From contig JBEUKZ010000112.1 of the NCBI GenBank assembly GCA_048128005.1, positions 62,001 through 126,000 of the forward strand: a stretch of 64,000 bases of DNA, in the 5' to 3' direction. Source of the stretch: Veleropilina oligotropha. Taxonomy: Eukaryota. Shown here in pieces: positions 38,401-49,687 of the stretch; positions within the stretch are counted from its first letter, which is position 1; every line of letters starts with the position of its first letter. The notes under the pieces are model-generated. The model did not search any database. It was given only the letters and a program-made list of their open reading frames with translations, and was not told the origin of the DNA. The translations under genes were made by a program, and so were the position numbers.

Positions 38401-41400
38401 TTAATGCCAGTGGCCCTAGATTATTCTGTTGTGTCAAATGTTCATGAATGATAGACAATGAATTATCCAGTGATATAAGTACATATTTAGATCTATTTCC
38501 AAAGTAATTCGACCGCCTCCTTGGCGCATTGGGGTAGAGCATAAGCTCACTCCCTGACTGCGCTTTTCCGAAGCTTGTGGGTTCGAATCCAATCGAATAC
38601 AAATTTTGATCAGCAGGCGGGTGGGTTTTCCAAGATATTCATTGAATTTGGTCCTTCCTCCCTCATTAAGACAAACTTTGGATTAACAGTCACTGTAACC
38701 CATAACCGGCAGGGTGTCCCAATATAATCTTTAAAGTACATTAAATGGGACATTAAATACAATTCAATTCAATCCAAAGTAATTCACATACATATAAAGC
38801 AATCAAGGCAACCAAGGGTTATCTTTTTTCATTTAGCAATTCTTCTTAAAGCATACCCAATATTTTTTTATTCGATAAAACTATTTTTTATGTCAGCATT
38901 TTATTTCATTATTTGTTATTTATTTGATATCTCTTCAACAATTCATCCTAAATATTGTATACCATAAAAAGAGCAAATAAATAATTAATCTTACCATGTT
39001 TATGATTTCTGATTAGATCGTATGACATATGGGGGGGGACGATTGGATACAGCGCTGGTCTACTAATCGGACGACCGTGGTTCAATCCCCGGGTGTGCCA
39101 GGCATTTTTCCATGATCGCTGCCTCCATTGCACACAGCACCAATTGATATATCATCGTTCAAAGTTGATTGACGTGATTTATAACCGAAATAGGGTTGGC
39201 GTGGTCGTTAAACATCAATTCATCATCATCATCGTATGCCACATGATAGAAAAGTGCTAAGTAGTGGTAAAGCATTATTTCAAGCAATGCACATGTATGT
39301 ATATATTATAAAACGAAACGCTACGTCATGTGAATGCACGACGAATGAGTTCATTCCGAACTTGAATACCACCGTCGTTGACGTGCATAAAAGACTCTAC
39401 ATCATTAGCACCATGGGCATTGAGCAAATCGTCCTGAAATTCTTCATTAAAGGGGACGTTTTTTCAATAGCGAAATTGTGCAACGCTGCACACGCGGCAA
39501 TTATCTTGGATGCTTTTGCCGGAGTAAACATGCATTTCTGGGATAAACATCTCCATCTCATTTTCAGCACACCATTACACCTTTCAACACAACTTCGAGC
39601 ATGCTTACGTGCAACGTTATACCGCAGTTCCGCAGGTGTTGTGGGATTTAGTACAGGCACTAAAAGCTATTTGGACAATGCATACCCAGAATCTCCAAAA
39701 ATCCAACTGTCAGGGATGCCATCTTCTTCGAATTTCTGGGCTATATGAGAGTTTCGCAATATAAATGCATCATGGGTAGAGCCCGGCCAACTCATATCAA
39801 TGTCGAGTATCTTTAATTTTGTGTCACAAATGATTTGACAATTGATAGAATGAAAACCTTTTCTGTTGACAAACGCTGCCTCTTCCGATGGTAGCGATGG
39901 AGATTGAATAGGGACACGAGTTCCATCGATTGCTCCCACTATGCATGGGAAACCATGGGCATCAGCATACAAAACTTGCTTGATTTGGTGGAGTTCATGA
40001 TCGTTTGGCCAATTAATGAAATATTCCATCCGGTTACATAGGGCCGACGACACGGCATATATGCAATTGCCAGCCGCTCTTGGTGATATTCCATGAATGT
40101 CACCAATCACCGGTAGGAGGAGGAGGAGGAATTATGCTTAATGTCCTGTATGTTTATAACATCGAGGTTCAAGGCAGGACATGTCCGTGTTATCGCGGGA
40201 GGAAACCCCGGTCGCCGGGTAAACCCGGCCGGTCACGGACAACTGTGCTTCATAACTTGAACAAATGTGTGCTGCCTCAGCCGGGGGTCGATCCCACTAC
40301 TGTTCGCGTCAGCGGAAACAAGCCAGTGAATTTAGAGTGGACACTATACCCACTGCGCTACCGAAGCGGCCGCCAATCACCGGTAGGTAACCGCCTTGGG
40401 AGAAACATCTCAAGGCGGTGCATAGCTGCAATGCAGGCTCAAGGGCTTTGGATCTGAAATATATTAATAACGGATCATGGTACATAACAAACATTCCTTT
40501 TCCTTATCATTAAATCCATAAGTATATACCAAATAAATCGAAAGTGTGATTGTATTATTACATCAGTAATTGGAATATTTCCTTAAAACGGTGTAACTGG
40601 GCAGACTTTAATGCGATTTTCAAAAGTTTCTTTGTCTCGTATGTTGCCTCTGTGGCCGAGTGGGTTAAAACATTGCTTCGCACACTCACCGATTGCGTTG
40701 CTTTAAGAGTGTGTGGAGTGTATCATGGTGAAAGCAGTTTTGGAGTAAAGCCCTGCGCACACATGCGATTTCTAGTTGCTAGTTGCTGCAACCTGCAATT
40801 GCTCAGCGATCGCCGAAACGCAAAATCGCTGGTGTACGTGTGCGCATACCAGCAATTGAACAGCGACACCTGAATCATATGACTTGGTCAACATGGCAGC
40901 GTCTACAGACGAGCCATTTTGTAACATCGCATGATATGACAGCGTGTATTCAGTGGTTAATAAATACTGCTTTCAGCAACCAAGATCGCTGTTCCTCGCA
41001 CACACATCGATTTAGTAGCAATTCGTCAGCGACGTGTAATTTTTCGTCTCTCATATCAAACATGTTTGCTAATTCAGCAACTCGTCGCCGGCTACTGCAA
41101 CTGATTTCAAATTCGGTTGCAGTTGCAACCACCCGCACACCAGCGATTTATTGCAGCAACCGGTTAAGCGATTTCAAATCGTTGTTCAATAAATCGCACG
41201 TGAGCGCTGGGCTTTAACAGTCATTTTGCTGCATAACCGGTCGGATACTCACTGAATGTCCCGGTCTGTCTGTCCAAATATGATCTTAATTGTGCCTTTA
41301 ATGGGACATTATAAATACTCAATGACGCAATCAATATTTGGCTCATACCTGCATGTTTCGTGAACGAGAGACGGCGACAATATATCGAGGAGAAGAGTAA

Positions 41401-44400
41401 ACACTTCCTTCGGGAAACGATATTGTTCCGAAAAGTCTTCGTCTCTTAGAGTTTCAAATGGATTGTTTCTGTCGTTATAAAGTTTCTGTCGGCATAGTCC
41501 ATCATAAAAAAATACATCCCCTTCTACGTGCCACATGTTTGATAATGATTCGTGAAATTATTTTGACTTGTTGAAATCGTGCTACTTTTGAATGCTATGG
41601 TTATGCGCTAACAAACTTCTAACGGTGGTGGGTAGCAGGGTTTTAACAATGCTCTAACAACATCAGCCAAACAAGGGCTAACATAGTTTGTTGCGGTCGC
41701 GCTAACAGCGCTATGGAAAGTCAAACCTAGGTTAGCTTTTCGACCATTAACAATATTTTTGTTGCGGGTGCCGTTGATGTTAGATCTCTGTTACAACTAA
41801 CAATGCATTGTTGCGGTGGCCCCCGGTTGATAATGACAGAGAATTGAATATTATGTCTTTAATAGAAATCAAACCAGATCTAAGTTGAAATAGAGAAGAA
41901 TGACATACTTTGCATATGTGCACCTGCATACTGTCACATGCAATGAACATCACGGCATCATTGAAATCATTATTTTACTTTTTAGACATGGGAGAAAATG
42001 TTGACATGGATGGAGAACGTCACATCAGTGTTCCCATATCATTCAATCAGTGTACCATATATATTTACATTAACTACTTATTAAATTCTTAAATCCTTTA
42101 ATTTCTAAAACATCCACTTCCTTCAAGATTTTATATACAAGTTAAAGCAGCATCATTGATATTCAAAACACCACTGAATGTATCTTTTTATATCAAAGTG
42201 AAATAATTAGTTTAACTGTATGTGTTTTATATTACATATTTCAGATTCGTCTCTGTGTCATCAGTGGCACCATAGTCAGCAAAAGCTCTGTTTTTGATGC
42301 ACTCGAGTATAAAATCAGCTTGTCCGACCACCTCAGCGCCCATGGTGGCTTTCAGTTTAATACAGCACGCTTACCACTAGGGGTCGCCACTGTAGGCATG
42401 TCAAGAGAACCAATCAATGCATGGCTTCCATTGTTCATCACAAAATCTCACTGGAATCGAGTGAAGGTATATTGTCGAGGAAACAATATGTATGTACAGT
42501 TAAGTTTATTGTGTAATATTTAAATGTTATTGAGATTTCATGATGTATGACCATGAGGTACTGTAATTGCCACTGACTTAAATTCTTTGGTATGGTTGTT
42601 AAATATCCATCCATCCAGGAAGATTAGTTTTGATCTTGTTATTTTGTTTATAACAAGTGCTATCGATATAGCGGGATCCCCCGTGGCAAAGCATTTTGTC
42701 AATATATGCAAGAAATAGATTTAGTACAATGTTTAAATGGTATGGAGATTTCTTATTGAAATTGGGCTTTTAATTCCTATAAAATATATCTTGAGCAGCC
42801 CACATAACTACTAGAATAACTAATAAATGTAACACATTATTATTGTTAAATTAATCAAAATTTATATGTCCAAATACACAAATTTAACACAGCTTTTGTG
42901 TTAAATTGAATGCAACATCACTGCCAGAGCAAAATGTAGCATCACAGAGCCAACCCATATGCACTCAATGAAATAAATTTAATCAAAAACGTTAACTAAA
43001 ATTTCACATAATATTTAAATTAAATTATAATCAATATAACTGTCAGAATAGCAGGTAACAACTATGAAGCATACACCAATGCATATGTTTGCAAAGACAT
43101 GCCGTGGTCAATCAATATGCGCGCTATTTGAAAATCTTTAACCGAAAATGTTTACTAAATTTCTATGTTAAAAAATAGCAATTATTTATTTTAAATTTTA
43201 TTAAATATCACTTCCAGGATAGCAGGTAATGTCAATATGACCAACACCAAAGTATATGCATTAAAAATGTGCCTAACTAAACAAATATTAAATCATCGAA
43301 AACTTTAACCTAAAAAATTTAACTAAAATTTCTATTTTATAAAAAAACATCTATTTCACAAATTATTTCTATTAAATTTTATTCAATATCACTGCCAGAC
43401 TAGCAGGTATCACCAATATAGCCACCAACAAAGCATATGCATGCAAAAATGTGCATTGAGCAATCTATAAGCACTATTGAAAAACTAACCGAAAACTTTA
43501 AAAACACCAATTTCATGCATTATTTATATAAAATTATAATGTAAATCATTGCCAGAGTATCAGGTCACATCCAAATAACCATTACTATAGATTATATATG
43601 CCAAAATGCGCCTTGAGCAATCGATATCCAAAAACTTTAACCGAAAAATGTCTATGTTCAAAGTGCACTTTTTTCACAAATTAAATATAAAGGCCCGAAT
43701 TCATAAAAGCATTTTAACGTGCGTACAGTTAAAACCCGATTATCTTTTACACGGTAGATAAAACAATATTGTCCACGAACATCTAAATGAGTGTCTAAGC
43801 TGCAATTCACAAGCAGCGATAATCGTCCGCTTAGACGTCCACGAGTAACTCCTAATTGAATGCAATGTGGTTTCATTGTTCATTGCTCTGCATAAAGATG
43901 AAATACACAACTATGATGAATGTGCATTTGGAGCGTGTCTAAAGTTCGTATTTTGAGACAATGTCGAGAGAGAAGAGAGGGGACAACATTTTGTGTGACC
44001 AGCGAATGGGATTGATTGATGCAGTTGAAGATGCTGAACCAAAATCAGTCCCGTAAAATGGGACTTTACGCCATTTAATCTGACGCCATTTAATCTTTGC
44101 ATGAAATTCATGATCATATCTTGAAATGATATTTCAGATATATTAATAAATGTTGTAAATGTCGATATTGAATTAAATGCGCATGCCTTTTATTCAATAT
44201 AGACATTTACATCGTCTATTACTTATCTTAAAATTTTATTTTTTAGATATGATAATCTCAAAATTATCATAACGTCATGCAAAGAATACATACAGAAAAT
44301 GTCAGATTAAATGACGTTACATCGCATTTTACGGAACTGATTCGGGGTCAGCACCTTTAACAAACGAAAGTTGTGGAAGAATTAAATAGAATTTGTTTGG

Positions 44401-47400
44401 GATTAGAAAGCGCATTACTGCCACTCATATAAAAACCCATTGAGTTGTCTTGTCCTCTATAACCTGCCCTTCTTCTTAAAATGCTCATCTAGGCGATTTA
44501 TAAATTGGTTTACAGATGTCGATTCCACTACATTATTAGGAAGAGCATTCCATTCATCGACAACCCGTTTTGAGAAAAAGTGTTTTCTAACGTCTAGATC
44601 GAGAAGTGACGTTCCAGTTAACAACAGAAGAAACAGACTACATGGGCTGCTATATCAAAACGAATGTTGGTAATTTTTTCAGCGAGCAAAATCATCTGCC
44701 AAGAATTTATGAGAGTTATGGAAGAGGATGAAAACGAAGGCAAAGGCGCTTGCTTGAGAGAAGAAAATCGATATTCGAAAACAAGTATTACTGTGCCAGA
44801 AATTTTGTGAATAGCTGCAATAATTGTTCTTCACACACCCGATGGTCATGTGTTGAACCATACCATCTTTCAACGACATTCATATGAATATATCTGAGAA
44901 CACACAAATTGGTATTTGAGGACATAATATCTTTTCATGTTCAAAAACCTTCAAGTAAATATGGCACCAAAACTTACAACTGCTACATGGAATCAACCAA
45001 TAGTGCCAACGATGCCAGGAAATGGTATAATCTCATAGAAACCCCCAATAACAACTCTTCGCTCTTGTAGGGTGTCACGAATATAAACTTCTTGCACAAA
45101 TTGCTAAAGTGACACGAAGAACAACCTTGCAACAGGTTGGTTGGGAAACTCGACACGTGTCCACAATATCCATTTCAAACGATGCTATCGCATAAATATG
45201 CAGTGTAACTGACAACTGTTCAAGTCATATAAGGCAATGATTTCTCCTCGTTGTTGACATCAGGTCATCTTCAAAGAGAATACCCAAAGAAACAATTCTT
45301 TTGAGATCCTGTAAATCCATATGAAAGATTTAGTCGGACACATAAACAACCCCCTCACTGGCGATTTTAACTTCTTTTGTTATTTGATCGCAGACGGTTA
45401 AAATTTGATCTTGCGCTAGCTAAATATAGGTTAACCAACGTGGAACTGAGCATTCGTGCAAAATAATGCACGAGGGCCGACAGGCCCGAGTGCATTATTT
45501 TTCACGAATGCTCAGTTCCAAGTTGGTTAACTTATTTAATCCATCTTAGCCAAAATAAACTGTGTTATGTGTTTAGACAATACTAGTCTATTAATATTAA
45601 ATTACATCGTCAAATTACTCAAATATATACATTTGACGTGAATAGGATATGATGTTTCTCTCCGGAATCCCCTGTCGGACATTGGTCTAATTAAATAGAA
45701 TCATCTTTATGAATAGACGTTTAATGTGCTCGTTAAGTGCAATTATACCGGCATGCAGGGCGAAATATTTTTGCGTCACGATGATGTACATTTCAAAGCA
45801 CGCTACACTTGCCTTCAGATGTTTGACCAGAGCACACGTGGGATTTACCTCTGCAGAGAGCATCAGGTATAGTATAATATTGCAAATATATGTTGTATTT
45901 TAACGACATTTCTGTTATATAATATTTAAATAGCTCTCGGTGTTCGTTTCAAAGTAAAGCAATGGAACATCCTTCATATGAACAACAGCATTATATGGAG
46001 TATTGCCAGATTCTTCTGAACGTTAAACGTGTATTACATTTTCTTCATTTGGGTAACGAATTTAATGTGCTTGAAGTTTGTTGTCAGTGCAAAAGTGTTG
46101 TCTACGCGTTAAAATAATTAATATTTTCTTTTCAGTGTCCACGTGTACTAGAATGGACTCGTCCGCAGATAAATCTACCTCTTTGGATTATATACTGCGT
46201 TAAACATGCTTTCCTCATTTTCTGGAATGGAATCGTCCATAGCATGGAATTAATGCACATAACGCTTGTTTAATTGGTCTTTTAAGCAGACACAATGATT
46301 TTGTAGCAGTGGATTCGTGTAGAATAATCAACAGTTATAACAAAAGAAAACTAGGTCAAAATGGATTAATCACATTTCATGAATCGGTGACTAAGTGTAA
46401 ATAGGCGATGATCGTGCGATTATTATTTTTACCCACGTGTAAAAGTTAAAACACCTTTATGAATTCGGGCCAAATTTTTTTTCTTTTTGGTTCCAACTAA
46501 AGCGTAAACATGTCTACTTTCCATCTGAATAGGATTGATTGAGTTATTCATCCATTAAATGCATGTAATACCTCATCCAAAAACTTTAACCAAAAGTGTG
46601 ACCGGACGGACGGACGGAGGCTATCCCTATGTCCCCCTTCGGAAGCCGAGGGGGATAATAAATTTATGCATGCGTAGCCAGATATTGAAAAGAGAATAGA
46701 CCATAAATTGTTTTAACTTGGTATGATTGGTGCCAATGTCAATGGCTCAAGCTGTGGCTCGATGATGGTTATATTTTTATATTGTCCGCATTTTCATTCA
46801 TGATATGTTCTGCTGGGAGAATGTCGATCCAGAGTTTTATAGAACCCACCCATTCATCTATTATTTATATTTTGATCTATGATATCACTCTTGATCTTCA
46901 TAATTAACGTTATCCTGGGGCGGCGAGTTTGAGACGTACGTTTATCCTGTGAGCTTTGAAAATATCACACGAGATGAAGTCGATTGTAATATAGCGAACA
47001 GGATAAACGTACGTCTCAAACGAGATGCCACATGGTAACATTTTTATTTTCATTTTATTTTTAAGCAAAATTTACTTTATATGACTATCAATGCTGAACA
47101 ATGACTAAGCAATGTTAAATTGCACCTTACGGGTTATTCTAAGCGCAAAATAACCTGGATATTTGAAAAACTGAGGAATAGTTGAGTCATATACATTCAT
47201 GTATGTGATTGAATCTCAAATAAATACTTGAAAACACTTGATTATCTCCCACAGACGCGAATGACGTCTAGCAGACGACGTGAATGCGCATTATGCTTGT
47301 AGCCGATTTTGTCGATTAGGCTTATTGTTTTATTTACATTTATTCATAATTTTAGCCTCAATTAAAACCCGCTCTGGGATTCCTCTGCACTCTGGACCCT

Positions 47401-49644
47401 CTTGGGTTCGACATCAAGCAGTTTGATGTGATGTTGCTGGTACTGGGCAGCATGATCGGAGAGTTGAGGAGAGACAACATGGGGCAGCACCAACTCAAGC
47501 TGCTCTTCGCATTCCAGAGAACATGCACTGGTATTGTCACTTGTACATTATTATTGCTTGGTAATTTATAATATATGCTAAAACACTCTCAGTCTGTTTT
47601 CACAGCATATCAAGCAATATCTCATTATAAACACATCTATTTCAATTTGGTACCTATAACATTTATCTCTTTTAAATTAATGAACAGACTATTGATGACA
47701 TACATGATTGACACCACTGCATATATCACACACACAAACATATGCCTAAGCTGACTGCGTGCCGACATCAGGAATATGTCTTCAATAAAACCACAATTTC
47801 CTTTAATGATGATAGCATGCAAGTTTGATTCACACTGACGTGGCTATAATGATTCTAATGCTTAAAACTAATACAAGGGATGGCTTAAAAAGCCATTACC
47901 ATCCTCAGAAAGGAAACATTAAACCGAGGTTCCAACTACAGATACGACTGAAAAATTGTCAAAATGTCGTCGTAAAACTAAAAGTGATTCACATTACATC
48001 AACTCACTGTTGAATGTTATGTTTCATTTTCTTACGTTTGAATTTCAGCCATGGTTGAGGATTTTGGTTTGACTGCACGACTGACCCAGCTCGTTCAAGA
48101 CTTTTTGGCTAGCCCTCGGGGCCGTACTCGGGATATACTACCCAGCCTGTTTGCTCTCATAGGATGCATGGTGGCTCTGCCCTGCAGCAGTATGCGACAA
48201 ATCATGAGCATATCAGAGTCAGGCAAGTATAGAAAATAATGGATTAGCCAAAATGTACCATTATTTTATTTGAATGGTTTAGTTGAGGACCACATTTTAG
48301 CAATTTTTCAGTCGTGTCTTGGTTTAAAATCTCTATCCGATAGACAGATACTGTGTGTAATGGAGACGAGTTATACCTGTGATAAATTCTCGGCACATCT
48401 GATCAGACACATCAGCACATCAGATAGCTAGCATCGTGATCCAGCATCATTGACCACTAAGCTACGACTGCGTCTTCAAATGTACCATTATATTGAAGAG
48501 ATGTCGCTGATACATCTTGGCTTTTGTTACTCTAACCAGAGAAAATGATGTATCATAAAGACAAATTGCTGACGACAAACTTAAAATAACGCAAAGGATA
48601 CTCTAGCTACCCATTTGGTATTAATCGGATCAATATTACATTACAATGAATATCACATGGTACGGTACTATCCTTCTGAGGATATATAAGACACCTCAAA
48701 CTCAGACTTCCCTCTGATGAGACGATAAGTGTTGATCGAAACCGATCAGGGCAAATACTTAGGGGCTCCCACCAGTGTCCATAGTAGTATACCTTTTTGT
48801 CATTTTACTATACCGGTACTTAAAATAACATTTGCAGTGCAACAGGAAGAACCTGTTGCTATAAGTAGTAATGACCACAGTACTAGTGAAAGATAATATC
48901 AAGTTATACTTAGACTGTTTGTTTTGTCTTTGGTCTTATGGTGATATTGTGACATGTCCATATTCTTGTAGCAGAAGATATATGCATAGAATTGGGTTTA
49001 TATCAATTTGTCGCGTTATTAATGTTATTGTACTTGGATAATTTGGAAGTTTAAAATCGGCCGTTGTCCCGTAATTACGTTGTTTTGCATATCTCGATAA
49101 AACAAGATCAACAGGATCGAGTGATGAACACAAAATGTTCAAAACATGGCTGACTCAAGTTTGCGCAGTGGTCAATTCGTGACCATCCGGTTCAAGTTGC
49201 AAGGTATAATGCACAGGTTGTGTAGATATTGTGGTCATGTCCCTAATCTATAGGACGATCTTCGTTCGTTATTATCTTTGGTGAAAAGGTAGGATTATCC
49301 GGTAAACCCACCACTCCAGATAGTTATGCACAACTGTGACTGTTGAGCCACAAAAACTCTGGTCCAAGGACTCAAACCCACTTCTGTTAAGCAGAGAAGT
49401 CGCTCACATTTGAGTCACGTACATGTATTTTCATGTCATGGACAGTTTGATATTGTTTTATGGGAAAGCTTGTAATGTTGAATTTTTATCTGCATGTATT
49501 TAGAGTCCCCGAGTAAACTTCGGTTCTTTTGGCAAGCATTTATTGCTGAGCTGTTGCGGCGTGCTGCTGGCACTATACACAAAGAGACAAACGAGAACAC
49601 AGTAGATGGCATCGTCAACCTGATACTGCATGGCAGAGCTCAAG
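29491..49644 (+). CDS. Uncharacterised vWA-domain protein, 15 coding exons visible, no stop codon reached
   Basis: Phase-compatible exons 29491-29629, 29935-30083 (DCSGSM), 30897-31104 (GGTTSF), 31674-31826 (FLTDG), 32722-32857, 33054-33202, 33598-33686, 33933-34089, 34492-34622, 34750-34848, 36856-37125, 42245-42466, 47356-47530, 48049-48222, 49504-49644. Confidence 0.88.
32439..32646. mobile_element. TA-flanked MITE (Tc1/mariner-like)
   Basis: CTGTAAAACTCCATATTTTAGC / GCTAAAATATAGGGTTTTACAG with TA on both sides. Confidence 0.85.
33357..33560 (+). mobile_element. tRNA-derived SINE, degenerate
   Basis: TAGCAAAGTGG A-box, GGGTTCGAATCC B-box; body resembles the 9965 copy. Confidence 0.65.
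34891..35301 (+). mobile_element. Short HINE
   Basis: TATACGCCC...GGGACGTAT 5' hairpin, (GGGC)n, two internal repeats, 3' GGGCGTATA...CTCTTGTT. Confidence 0.75.
35309..36386 (+). mobile_element. HINE with ~180-bp tandem repeats
   Basis: TGTCCCCCG...CGGGGGACA, (GTCC)n, five repeats, 3' GGGGGACA plus GCCACTTAGTGGC hairpin and CTTGTT. Confidence 0.85.
38513..38775 (+). mobile_element. tRNA-derived SINE
   Basis: TGGCGCATTGG A-box, GGGTTCGAATCC B-box, (AATTC)n tail. Confidence 0.75.
40118..40372 (-). mobile_element. Full-length tRNA-derived SINE with TSD
   Basis: 15-bp TSD CCAATCACCGGTAGG (40103-40117, 40373-40387); GGTAGCGCAGTGG and GGGATCGACCC boxes; (TCC)n tail. Confidence 0.92.
40643..41320 (+). 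mobile_element. SINE split by a MITE
   Basis: TGGCCGAGTGG head; joining the flanks gives TTTGGAGTAACAGTCA...CATAACCGG...AATGGGACATTA, matching the SINE at 38513. Confidence 0.7.
40748..41214. mobile_element. TA-flanked MITE
   Basis: AAGCCCTGCGCACACATGCGATTT / AAATCGCACGTGAGCGCTGGGCTT; termini resemble those of the 4088-8358 element. Confidence 0.85.
44032..44352. mobile_element. MITE
   Basis: TGCTGAACCAAAATCAGTCCCGTAAAATG / CATTTTACGGAACTGATTCGGGGTCAGCA. Confidence 0.7.
44425..44600 (-). mobile_element. CR1-type LINE 3' fragment
   Basis: Minus frame RLDVRKHFFSNRVVDEWNALPNNVVESTSVNQFINRLD, typical of a CR1 ORF2 C-terminus. Confidence 0.75.
45428..45533. repeat. Long inverted repeat
   Basis: GTTAACCAAC...GCACGAGGGCC-GACA-GGCCCGAGTGC...GTTGGTTAAC. 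Confidence 0.85.
46909..47039. repeat. Long imperfect inverted repeat
   Basis: TTTGAGACGTACGTTTATCCTGT / ACAGGATAAACGTACGTCTCAAA arms. Confidence 0.8.
48262..48470 (-). mobile_element. tRNA-derived SINE, degenerate
   Basis: Reverse-complement similarity to 197-412 (GATACTGTGTG, TATACCTGTGA, CCAGCATCATT, CTAAGCTA). Confidence 0.6.
48710..48751 (+). ncRNA. Degenerate minimal type-I hammerhead ribozyme (Penelope-like LTR remnant)
   Basis: CCCT-CTGATGA-stem II-GAAA-CCGA-TC-AGGG; TATATAAG at about 48683. Confidence 0.6.
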
Positions 49645-49687
49645 GTGAGATGGCGTCAAAGCATCTGCATTCAATTCATACATGTGA

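Larger units (their letters stand above)
39390..41536 (-). pseudogene. Harbinger (HARBI1-like) DDE transposase, spliced, disrupted by a SINE and a frameshift
   Basis: QYRF, LQLCTALR, GAIDGT, NRKGFHSIN, WPGSTHD, GDSGY, VERCNGVLKMRWRCL; intron 40454-41348. Confidence 0.9.
37248..41822 (-). mobile_element. PIF/Harbinger transposon in a vWA-gene intron
   Basis: TIRs GGGCCACCGCAACA / TGTTGCGGTGGCCC, flanks CTG/CCG, internal transposase. Confidence 0.9.
43692..46471 (-). mobile_element. Decayed Harbinger transposon
   Basis: TIRs GGCCCGAATTCATAAA / TTTATGAATTCGGGCC with AAA flanks; remnant peptides EQLSVTLHIYA...VSQPTCCK and GFYEIIPFPGIVGTI at about 44980-45225. Confidence 0.82.
42652..46660 (-). 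mobile_element. HINE with degenerate satellite, interrupted by a Harbinger
   Basis: AACAAG + GCTATCGATATAGC hairpin + TCCCCC at left; (GGAC)n + TCCCCCTTCGG...CCGAGGGGGA at right; AAAACTTTAACC repeats on both sides of the insertion. Confidence 0.75.

Noticed and set aside
38513..38595. tRNA gene (also at 33357 and 40300-40372)
   Set aside because: A/B boxes run into SINE bodies and tails; no convincing cloverleaf
46040..46240. Myb/SANT remnant of the second Harbinger
   Set aside because: Resemblance is too weak to call by eye
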